NCBI GenBank assembly: GCA_038496445.1
Contig: JALMLS010000076.1
Coordinates: forward strand, 235,300 to 299,299
Source: Trichosphaerium sp. ATCC 40318
Taxonomy: Eukaryota > Protista > Tubulinea
DNA: 64,000 nt
Direction: 5' to 3'
Part shown: one piece after another, positions 25,244 to 36,887 of the stretch
Position numbering within the stretch: the stretch's first letter is position 1
Layout of the letters: each line of letters begins with the position of its first letter
Translations under genes and position numbers: made by a program
The notes under the pieces: model-generated
Database searches by the model: none
Told to the model about the DNA's origin: nothing
Seen by the model: only the letters and a program-made list of their open reading frames with translations

Positions 25244-26468
25244 AAGGATAACCTTCCTCAAAGACTCTTTCCTGTACCACGGTCACTAGTTTTTGTGGCT
25301 TGGCGTTTCGTTAATAACCTTCTCAATAAGCCAATCCTATTTACTTTCAGATACACAAGATATTACTTGCGATGCATCACGGTGCTAGACAACACCATAC
25401 CCCAAACTCCAATACTCACCTTTAGGGACCTCCACTATTTGGTTGTAAGAAGCTTGTGGTTCTCGTTGCGCCGTTTGTAGAAGAAGCAACGTGGTTAGCT
25501 CCGGAAGGATTAGGGGAAGGTACACGAGACCACGTATGTTGTAGGTCGACAACCCATTGTAAATAAAGTATAGTAAAGGCTTCATGGCTGAAGTTTGAAT
25601 TGTAATGATTAGTTTAAAAGTGTAGTTTTCCTACCGACATCACGTGGTTAATACTGAAAGAGCAGGAGAGATAAGGGGCCATTAGGTTTGCTATGGATAC
25701 CTTAAAGCATGAAGCGTATAGTATATGTCTTTGCAACTATGCAGTGTATCTCACAAGACTAATTGTCGCCCAAAACAACTGCTAAATTCAATGGTTTTCA
25801 AGTCAGTTATAACCCTATGAATCATTGCCTTGGTTTGTATCTGACGACGTGCTATACAATATTTGTGCACTACCTCCGCTTTCCACCAACTACTTTCCTC
25901 AAACAACCGAGCATCCAACCTTCCGACCACAGTAGCACCAACAATACCAACAACTACATTGGCCACCAAAAGAAACATTTAGTCAATATTTGTCATAAAA
26001 CTACAAAACTAAAAGTTCCGTACACAAACTAAAAGTTCCTCACACAATTTCCCGTACACTACACATTGCTAGATCTTTGTAAAATAGCGCTAGAACACCC
26101 TTATAAATCGCTAACTTAAGAAAATCGGGCGGGCTGCAGCGAGCGAGTGTATCGAGTACACAATGACGCTAGTAAAACTCGCCGTTTTTAGCGGTAACAA
26201 ACTTAGAAGTGAAAATATAGTACACTGTATATTGTCACGTGATAGCCAGTTTTTCTACTCAGGTGCTGACGTGATAGAGATGGGTCGGGTTTTTTTGTCC
26301 GCTATTGTCGGCCAATCCTTAAACACGTATAATATTGTATTTGTATACCTTTGGAGGCCATAGGTTCGTTTTAAACTCTCGGCCAAAACTTTTGTGATTC
26401 GTATACTTTTAAGAGCATCTTCGCTTAACCAACAAACTTGTTAAGTTGACATAAAATACAAACCAAGC

Positions 26469-29036
26469 ATGATGAGCAACAACTCTACTGCTTTTAAAGT
26501 ACTACTTGTACTTTCTATAGTCACTCTCGTTTCTAGTGGTACGTTAAAAAAGGATAAATTAAAGTACAACATGGCACAGTTCTGATTGTTTTTTCGTTTA
26601 GCAACTGTAACAGCACCCATCATTGGAGATCAAACATGTCGCGAAGGATCAAGCCCAATGAATGTACCTACAAACACACTTTCTTGGGGAAGTAACGGAA
26701 GGTTCTCTGTCATAAAGTTCCGTATCTTTGATGACGAAGGTGGTTCAGTACCACGTGGAGCTACTATTGACTCTGCCACTTTAACTTTTATTGGCGAAAA
26801 TAATGGTGAATATCGCGGAAACATTTACAGATCAGCTGTTGATTGGCAAGAAAGTACTGTCAGTTATGACAACTTTGGTCCTTCTCCTGGAGCCGATACA
26901 GCAGATTTCAGTGGTCCTATGATAGCTGAATTTGATGATACACAAAGAAACCAACCTTTTTCTATTGATGTTACAAACGCAGTGTTAGCATGGAATGGCG
27001 GTCAAAACAACTTCGGTTTTGTCATTGTACCAGGTAAAAGAGTATAGTATGTAACGTATTTTTACTGATGTTTATGTTTAGACGGTAACGGTAGAGGCAA
27101 CTCGGCAGTTTACTCTTCAGAATCACAAGATGATCCAGTACTTCAGATTGAAGTCCGTGAAGAATACCAAGGATACGATGGCTCTGATAACAACCTTAAT
27201 AACCCAACATATGGTGCTGTTAATACACCTCTGTTACGTCAAGTAATGAGTAACGGAGGTAACATTGTCATACCAACGTCATACGCTGATGGTCTCTCTG
27301 CAGTACGCAAACATTGCCTTTTTTTTTGTTTGTGACTTTATTAACTTTATTCACTAGCCACGTGAATTAGATTCTAGCGGTAACCCTCTTCCTTCAGTTC
27401 GATTAGTAAGTAATCTTGTTGCCGGTCACGTTGAACAAAGATCACGTGCAAGAAACCCAAGAAGGTAATTATTTTTACAAAACAAAAAAACACCTTCATT
27501 GTCGCTTTTGTTCTCATACGGTGTACTCTAGACATACTGATTTATTGACATATTTTGGTCAATTTATCGACCATGATATTGATTTAACACCAGAAGGTGG
27601 CGATGACTTCAATATTGTAATACCTGCAGGCGATCCAATCTTCACAGGAGAATTTCATTTCACTAGAGCTGTACCAATATCTGGAACTCCTGCAAATCAA
27701 CCTCTCGAACATCCAAACGTCATCAGTGCTTACATTGATGGCTCGATGGTATACGGAAACAGCGTCGAGCACGCCAATAGTTTGAGAACAATGTACGTTC
27801 TGCAATGTTTCAGTTTGTTTTCGGTTTTGATATTAAGTTTGTTTAGGAATAACGGACTTATGAAAACAAGTGCTGGTGATTTCTTGCCTTTTAATCTTGC
27901 TGAACTTAACCTTGAAATGGGAAATATTGGATTTGTTTCAGATGAGGAAATATATGCTGCTGGTGATGTCAGAGTCAATGAAAACGCTGTTTTGACTTGT
28001 TTGCATACTCTTTTTGTTAGAGAGCATAACAGAATAGCCGGAGAGCTTCAAACAGATAACCCAACTTGGTCAGATGAGAGATTATTCCAAGAAGCTAGAC
28101 GTCGTGTCATTGCTATTATACAATCCATTACAATGTACGAATGGCTTCCAGAGATTATTGGAAACATACCAAACTACACTGTACGTCCAGCTACAACTTT
28201 TTTTTCAACACAGCAAGTAGCCACCAACTGACTCTATCTGATCAGGGCTACAACGACAATGTTAATCCTGGCATCATGAACGTATTCTCAGGAGCCGCAT
28301 TCCGATTTGGACACAGTCTCATCAGCACTGTAATTCACAGAGTTGATCCAGACTTTCACTCTATCTCACAAGGACCTATTCTCCTTCGTAACGCTTTTTT
28401 CAACCCTGTTGCTATTCAATATGGTATTGGTTCTATGCTAAGAGGTGTCATGATGCAACAACACGAAGCTGTCGATGTACTTGTAAGCGATGACTTGAGA
28501 AACTTCCTATTCCAAAACGTTGGAGGTGGTGGAGCTCAAACACATGATTTGATATCATTCAACCTTCAAAGAGGCAGAGACTTAGGTCTACCTGACTACA
28601 ACACACTTCGTGCTGCATACGGTTTTTCAAGAGTGAATGACTTCTCTGATGTATCAAGCGACCCTGGAACAGTAAATGCGCTTGCTACCGCATATGCGAG
28701 TGTTGATGACATTGATCCGTTCATAGGAGGTCTAGCTGAAGGTACTGGTTCATTACTTAACTATCACGTGACTTATTTTTATTTTTAGATCAACTTCCGA
28801 ATAGTAAACTTGGTGAGTTGTTCACAGCTATACTCAGAGACCAATTCACAAGATTGAGAAGTGGTGATAGATTTTGGTTTGAAAATGGACACTTTAGCGC
28901 TCAAGAGACTCAAGAGTTGTTGAACACTAAAATGCTTGATGTAATTATTCGTAATACTGACACAAGATCATCAACAGCTCGAGATTTTAGCTCTGCTTTT
29001 TCATTAAGCGATTCTTCAGATGTACCTAACTTGTAA
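26469..29036 (+). CDS. Secreted animal-type heme peroxidase (peroxidase-cyclooxygenase superfamily) with N-terminal DNRLRE/CBM96-like domain
   Basis: Signal peptide; YDGSDNN, FGQFIDHD, SAYIDGSMVYG, AGDVRVNE, LHTLFVREHNRIA, AAFRFGH, NLQRGRDLGLPDYN, DQFTRLRSGDRFWFEN; N-domain VPRGATIDSATLTF..DWQESTVSYDN..IDVTNAVLAW..NFGFVI. Confidence 0.93.
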
Positions 29037-29462
29037 TGCAAAGTGTATCACAGAACCTGCTCTGTAAATAAAACTCAGGTTAAGCCCAACACAACTTGCT
29101 GTTTTCAATTTTTACAAGTATTTTTTTTTTTGATTCTACGTTCAAACTATTTTACAGTATCGACTTTGTATACAACCACCTTCTTTTTAGGCGTTATCTT
29201 TTCTTTTAGAAGGAGAAAATTATCATACTATCACGTTTTCTTTTTTCTACTTTTACCATTGTAACCCAACCCAACCACTCCAGGGCTTTTCTTGCTGCTC
29301 TTTCCTTTTGCAACCTTCTTCTTGTATGGGGAAATACCTATACCAATAGCAACAGTATTATCTCCAGTCATATTGGTAAAGCTGAGTGTATAATTTATAG
29401 TGGATAAGACAGTTTGGATAGTCGTTCGAATGAGTATTGAGCTGGAAATTTTAGTTTATTGA

Positions 29463-30459
29463 CTACAATGACGTAATACACAACAGCACCAAAACAAGAA
29501 TGCTCAACAAGGTACACGTTTTAGAGCCTGAACTTTGAGGTGTTGGTGTATCTGTAGGAGTGTTTGTATTCACAGGTGGCATGGTATTCGTGGGTGCAAC
29601 GGTGGGTTGGTCTGTAGGCACTAACGCCGTTGTTGGCGTTCCTGTAGTGGGGGTACTTGTAGCATCTGTTGGTGCGATAGTAGTAGCTACAAGTTGTGAG
29701 TATTCTTTTTTTTTTCAGTGATAGTTACCTGGCTCACTTGTTGTTGGTGCCAATGTTGTGGATGGAGCACCAACTTCAGCGAAGGTTGTAGGTCCTATTT
29801 GAAGGTAATTACATGAAGCTCCTTGTGACTCTGTTGTTCTACTTCGTAGAATCCAGAACTACTTTCAGGTTAGGAGAGTTCAAAAGCAAATCCACGTGCT
29901 GCGTACTGTCGCTGTAATAGCTCCTTTGTTTGTTTCAGGTGCTGTCCAATTAAAATATTTGTTGGTACTCACATCATCAGCGTTAGCATGCCTTATAGAG
30001 TCAAGACATGCCAAGGTAGTAAAGCCACCTGATGTTCTGAACTTGGGGTCACTTGATGAAAATTTGCCCTCAAGTAGACCACTTGGTGATTCGCCAGTGT
30101 AGAAAGTGCCGACAATCCCCTGCTCATTATATAAGCTACAGAATCGTTTGAAACACAAAAAAGTATCCTCACCTTCCATGTTTGTGCAGTACTTGCTGTA
30201 ACTTCCAAAGTATATGTTGCTCCGGGCTCATACGCCGTCATAGGGAAATTGATAGTGATATCATCCGCTGTACCAGGCATGCTGTTCGAATGTTTAATAG
30301 ACATAATAGAAACTGAAGAGAAAGCTTACCTTGTACCGCACACATAGTAGAGCATATATCCGTATCTGAGGCAGGACAAATACTCAAAGTGTTTGTAGAG
30401 TGACCAAGGACGACACAAAGCGAGCAAGTGAAAAATACAAACCGGTGTAAAAGTGACAT
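29463..30459 (-). CDS. Reeler-like domain protein with Thr/Pro stalk and C-terminal hydrophobic (GPI-like) tail
   Basis: Signal peptide; AYEPGATYTLEV, SIRHAN..FNWTAPETNKGAITA; stalk PTTGTPTTALVPTDQPTVAPT; tail LLSILVLVLLCITSL*. Confidence 0.75.
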
Positions 30460-31012
30460 GATGTCTGTTCAGTACGACTATGAATTAAATGATTATACGG
30501 TACACAGGCTTAAGTGAAACATGCCATTACCCAAAAGTCTCCTAAAAGTACCTTGTTTCTATTTGTCTAAATAAGACAAGAATGTCCGAAAATAAAGTTT
30601 CGAGTTTATTGATAAAAGGCATGAAAAGCAGAGCACGTGATAATTTATCTTACTACCAAGCACCGGGGAAACAGTTTCTCTTGGGCAATAGTAGGTGTCT
30701 TTCTTATTCCTATAAAATTATCAGTAGTCACTGTCTTTCATAGCACGTGATATCACGGTATAAGATGTGTACGCATTTTAGCAGGAAAAGGAAAGACACC
30801 CACTATTGGTATAACGTGTGATAATAGGCCAAGAAAACTGTCATACTGTTTATAACGCTGTAACCTCTGTTTATATTCTGATTTTACCGAAACTGCTTGT
30901 TGTGTGTTCCATTCTTGTAAAAAAGAAAAGAAACTTTTGCTTTTGCAAATCTTAAAACGTTGTATCGAACGTTCTGAACAAAACCATCTCACTCTTCAAG
31001 TAGGAAAAACAA

Positions 31013-32003
31013 ATGTATGGCTTACTCAAGCTCCCTTGTGAAATTCAACAATACATTGTACATTCAACGCTGAAGCTTTCACAAAGTTCCATACATTATC
31101 AAAGAAAGCAGCAACCAATACTCATTTTGATGGATCATTACAACGTAAAGGGAAATGGATCAGATGGTACAAAAGTGGAAAAGTATGGTGTGTTGGCATA
31201 AAAACGGACAACTAATAAGACAAGTACATGGGTCAATAATAGGCAAAATTTAGAATTCAAGGATTGGTACAAAACTGGACAACTTCAGGAACATAGCATG
31301 TGGATCAATGATAAACCAAGTGGTGAGATGAAAGTGTACTACAAAAATGAACAAATCAATATATACTGTAATTGGCTGAATGGTAAGAAAAACGGTGAAA
31401 ACAAAGAATGGTATCAAAATGGTCAACTTAAAAGGCAATGTACGTGGATTGATGATAAGAAAACTGGCGAATACAACACGTGGTATGCAAATGGCCAACT
31501 CAAGGAACAAAGTTTATGGGTTGATAATGAATTGAATGGGATCCTCATGGTGGTATGAAGATGGACGGCGCAAGGAACAAACTAAGTGGATAGATGGAAA
31601 AAAGGCTGGTGAAGAGAAGCAATGGTATGATAATGGACAGCTCAATTTACTAGGTATGTGGGCAGACGGTAAGCGCCATGGTCAACTAAAATACTGGCAT
31701 GACAATGGTCAACTGAGTGAACAAATTATGTGGGTTGATGGTAAACAAAATGGCCAACTCACGACGTGGTACAATACTGGTAAACTCAAGGAACAAATCA
31801 CATGGGTTGATGGCACACAACATGGTGAAAGCAATGAGTGGTATCACAACGGACAGCTGAAGATAAAAAGTATGTGGGTTAAAGGTAAAAAACATGGTCA
31901 AGTTAAAGAGTGGTATGAAAATGGACAACTGAGAGAACAAAGCATGTGGGTTAGAAGGCTGATGACACATTGTGAGTGGCCTGATGAACTATGGGGCGAA
32001 TGA
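31013..32003 (+). pseudogene. F-box + MORN_2 repeat pseudogene
   Basis: MYGLLKLPCEIQQYI then 1-nt deletion; ~13 WYxNGQL repeats spread over several frames; 5' ~130 nt ~94% identical to the 39302 gene. Confidence 0.88.
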
Positions 32004-32524
32004 AGCAGTTTCCTTACGAGATTATCCGTTTTGTTCATTCAATGAACTGTACTTTTCACATGACGTCCCTTTAAAAACGTGATAACCAACAGATTTGTAT
32101 GGTGCATTAAACCACCCTTTCGGACTAATTTAGGCCTCTTTTGGCACAAAATTCGCCTTTTTCTGCAGAAAGTACATTAAGCAAGACACAAAGGGTTAAG
32201 TTTTTTTAATGGTTTTTTTTATTGATGTAAACGATGGTGAAGAATCTATTGTACATATAAATGATAATACAAAACATTACAAAAAGGGAGAGAGGCCTCT
32301 GGTTGAAGGAGGGGATAAGGCAAGGCATAGGGTGTAAATAGAGAGAAGGAGAACCCTTTTTTTTTTGTCGCTCTACAAAAACTTTTGTAGAGTATTATAG
32401 ACAATAGTATCATTACCACTACCTTTCCCTTGTTCATTAGATGTCTCTCTCCCTTTAATACGATTATTTCTACCCACTAAATATTGCTAAATTAAATTTT
32501 GAATCTTTTTGCTAATAAGTTTTT

Positions 32525-34700
32525 CTAAGGGTAGTAATAAGCTGGGTGGTATACGCCAGAAGGGGCTGGTGGACGTGATGTATAGTATTGTGGGGCAGCA
32601 CGGGGATATCCCTAGACATCAAGTGAGAAAATCAACTTTTTCGGTTATTTAGGAGCAGGTTTTTTTTCACGTAAATGATAGAACCGTCTACGTGTTTTTG
32701 AGAAATTACTTATAAGTTTACCTGTGGCGCTGGGCGTGTGCCATAATAGTTACCCATATCACTAGCAGGTGGATTTGTGTCTTGTTGCATCTTTTTGATG
32801 CGTTGTTCAAATTTTTTAATTACACCTGATTAAAAAGTGTTAGAACTGCTTTGGCTACCTTTAAAAATAGGTTATAAACTATAAGAAACGTACTCATTGC
32901 TTTTTCTTTTTGTTCTTGCAATTTTTCTTCAGGAGAACCGGATTGTGTGCGTTCTACACAATGTCCTTCTCCTTTATAAATAGGAATCTCTTGTGATGCA
33001 TCGATCTCTAAGAGACCATCGAAAAATCTGTTTTCAACAGAGTTTTGTAGTAGGGGACCATCATCACTATTAGTAAATCAATAAGTAAACAGCATGAAAC
33101 GTGTTGATCGCATGGTTCAGCAAAAATGAAAACAGTAAAAAAACAAGAAAATTGTTAGTGTTTTTTTTCCTTTTCTCTTTGCGTCTGTGACGTACGGTGA
33201 GCCAATTGTGTTTGCTAAGGATATAGGTGCTTGCGTACGGAAGCCTCCATGTCCATGCGGAATTGGACTATCACAAAATGAGTACACACAAAAAACGCCG
33301 AAGATTTAAAAATTTTCAGTCAATATAAAACCAACTTATTGCAAATATGCCTTAAAGTGACTTTCAGTGCAAAAACGAGTTGAGAAAAATACTACAATTT
33401 AAACGAGAACCACACAAACAACATATAGCGTTGTGTTAAGCAATAAAAAAAAAATTGAGAAATACAAAGAAAGAAGTGCGTACTGTAAGTCACCCTTGAT
33501 AGGTTTTTGCTTCTCTTTTGTGTTAGCTACAGGTATAGCTTTAGATGCGCTACCCCAAAGACCTGTAGACGGTCTTTCACCACTATAAGCAAAGTTAGAC
33601 GTCTAGTACGTATTTCGCAGTTATAAAAATCCTGTTGCGTACTTTGACCACTGCTCCATACTACCATGGCTAGAAGTACTTGAATTATCGCTATTATAAA
33701 AAGATTCTTCTACACACAAGTGTAAATAAATGTGCACAACAAATTTTTATAACAAAAACGCTCGTGAGTAAATATTTCGACACGTCACTGCGTGTACGTA
33801 TTGATTTTAAGTTTAAATTGCATGTAAAAAAGGTATTGTGTAAATTAAATAAAACAACATTTTATCCTTCACCAAGCAGTATTTTGAAGTAACGTTTCCG
33901 TACCTATGCCGCTATTTCCTCGTACTGATTCTGTACCTGGTTCAGACCAGGGTTCTGTGGACCAGGAAGAAGTTCTGCTGTTATACCTTGATTTATCTTT
34001 GTCTACGTCACCTACAAGCGTATTTATTAACTTTTGAACTCACCAGTACCTTTTCAGTGGTTTTTGTGAAGGTGTTTTTACGTACCATCTGCTTCGCCTT
34101 TCCACAGCGGCTTGGACCATTTGGAAGTATCGTACGCGTTGTATTCTGCAAAAAACTCAATACCTTATTACAATAATGAACTTGTACCTCCACGTTGATG
34201 TCCTAGAAGGTTCTGTTTTACTTTTGGGTGCGTTTTGAAAAATTCTGTTCTATCCACACTGTCGCTTCTCAACCTTTCAGGTCCATTAAGGGTGTGTGCA
34301 AAGGAGAACTGTAATGTCCCGTCTGTGTCTATTTGTTGGTGAGGTTTCGTTTTTTTTTGTATTTTGCATTATAAATCTCACCAGCGTAGTTCACAGCAGA
34401 CGATTGAGATCGTATTCTTCCGACACTCATTTTTGGAGCTATTTAGTTTTTTTTTGTTGTGAAAAAGCCTACATATGAATAACATTAGAGACCAGCTAGC
34501 ATTACAAGGCTTATTGTGTTCACTTCAAATAAACAATGCGGAACTCAAAGAAATAGCGTCTTTTTTTTTTGTTATATGCTCTTTTTACATAGTGTATGTA
34601 CCTGTGAAATTGAAATTAAAGGTGAACGCTGCGTAGTGGTGTGATGGAATTTACGCTACCAAAAAGAACAAATCTTAGCGGTGGTTTTGGCATGAAAAGT
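32525..34700 (-). CDS. Multi-exon low-complexity hypothetical protein
   Basis: Chain of GT-AG-bounded open exons (..SRYNSRTSSWSTEPW..; ..ENRFFDGLLEIDASQE..; ..YPRAAPQYYTSRPPAPSGVYHPAYYYP*); 5' end unresolved. Confidence 0.5.
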
Positions 34701-35814
34701 CAGGTTGCGCAAAAATGCCAAAAGCGGCAGAACAACACTACTTACCAAAACTGACACGTAGTAGCTAAGTATTCGCATTTTATAATCGTGTTATTTACTA
34801 TTAGGCTGTTTAAAGCTGTTTTGTTTGTTTTTCTTTTTGTAGTTTGTCTCTTCGAGTATTAGCGGTATAAACTGCGTTGATTAGTTTTTTACTTGCCGAA
34901 TAAAACATTACGACTCATTTAGAACAAAGGTAGGATTAATACTAAGTGTACGCTCCTGTTTAGGACAAAACTATTTCCGTCGCTATACTTAGAGTTGTTT
35001 AAACGCAACAGGCACTATCTCGCAATAAAACCTAACCATAAGTGCACTAAAGTGCTTGTTGATTGTACCTTGAATAGCTACGTTATTGTGACGCGTTTTA
35101 ACGCTATTGGACGTATGGTAACTCTACGTCCACGCTCTAGAAAGTCGCATAAAGCTGTTCTCTCGCGTTGCGCCTGTTTACTTCGTTGGCTTGCTTGTGC
35201 ATCATTCGTTATGGTGTCTAACGATTTTCACTTTCCGTATCGCTGGATAGTAAGAAATGTATTTGAAAATTCTTTCCAAACCTTTACGCGTTCGCTAGAG
35301 TGAACCTTATACGGAAATGTTGCAAACAGTTTAAGACGATCTTGCTTTAAAAACTGGTACCTTGAATGGAAACACGTGCCCCAAATTCTGCGCCTTTGTT
35401 GTGCAATCGCGAAATACTATGTACCTGTTTTAGTATACTCAAGTCTTGCGTACTGTAACAAGAGCCACTGAGAGCGTAGTACTCTTTGTTTACTTTTTGA
35501 TAATGCTTGTGTAAACAACCTAAACTTGCATAAGTACTACTTCGCTAGAAGGCTGAAACTGGCGGAAGTAGTATTTGCACAGGTACCACTGGCCGTATAT
35601 CACATAATAACCACATTTGGGGGTTAGCTATTAAACACTCCACTTTCTAAATCAAAAAGATGTCACGTGTTGATGAATACATAATCAAACTTGTAGAGTA
35701 CTGCAACGCGTAAACTTGGAGCATGGCATCCTAGTAAACAAGTTTCTAAGCGCACGAGTACTTCTTTAAGGAACTTTGCTTAGTTTACACGTAAACGCGC
35801 AAACGTTAACGCCA

Positions 35815-36399
35815 ATGAGCGAAATATTCGTGTACGGATCGCTATTGAATGATAGAGTGTTAGAGTCAGTAATTAAAAGGTAGATTCTCCACTTAATGCC
35901 TACGTATACTCAATAAGCTCTAGAGTACCGTCTGCTTACGACGCAGTGCTTTCAGGCCATTGTCGCTATTGTATACTGAACCACGGATACCCAGCTGTAA
36001 TTCCAAGCAAGGAAGGGTCTGTTCAAGGCCGTGTGTTAACGAATTTGACAGAACAAGAAGAAAAAATCCTTGACGCTTTTGAAGTACGCTAAAAACAACG
36101 AATTTAGCGCTAAAGCTTTACATATTGATAGGACAGAGAATATAGGCGTACCAAGGTGACTGTATCAACAACTGGACCTAAAGTGGAGAAAAAACAGGTT
36201 TATACGTACATATGGCAAGGTGGAGATGATGGTAAGTTGTTGTAGTACTTACTACGCTAAAGTATCACTAGCACTGGAGAAGAAGCCTTGGGATTACAAA
36301 AAATTTTGCGAGAAGGACCTTGATTCTTTTTTGGCTATGTGTGCAAAGTTTGATCCAAGCAAGTCCCGTTTGTCAATTCAAGCAGAGCGAGCGACTTAG
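35815..36399 (+). CDS. AIG2-like gamma-glutamylcyclotransferase family protein
   Basis: IFVYGSLL, YPAVIP, VQGRVLTNLT..ILDAFE..YRR, VYTYIW, WDYKKF; 3 introns. Confidence 0.92.
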
Positions 36400-36887
36400 C
36401 CATTGTCGTTACATAGAGAACTTCAAAATACTAAGTGGTTATATGAATCGCACGTGACAATTTCAGAACAAAAAACAGTAAACAATATTTGAATTCGGAC
36501 TTCTTTTTCTCACTGTACAATATGTCATTTGCCTATTTAGGTACATAATCATAGGTGCAATAACTGAACGTCTTACGAATTCTAAACCGTCCTATCATGA
36601 GAAAAAGCTGCGCCAAGGTTTCTTTTACGTAAATATCAACAAAGTAGACATTGAAACTATGAATTAAAATGAGAACGTGGGTTTGTACACAAGACAATTT
36701 TTGTATGACAGCAAACCCACTTCGCATTTTGTGGCATTCATTGGTGCCAAAGTAAACGCCAACATGGTGGGTGTACATACCATCAACTATTCTTAATTGT
36801 CAAAACAACCACATGGCTATTTCAAATGTGTTTTTTATTTTTTTTTTATTTTTTTTCAACTACTCTACTTAAACTCGCAAATGTTTG

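Noticed and set aside
25260-26060. Possible structured ncRNA (RNase P/MRP) or non-LTR retroelement remnant; short aaactaaaagttcc repeat
   Set aside because: Conserved boxes and RT motifs not found; needs Infernal/HMM search
29262-29450. Open minus-strand frame (..TVAIGIGISPY..PWSGW..) after the Reeler stop
   Set aside because: No clear start or splice connection; weak similarity only
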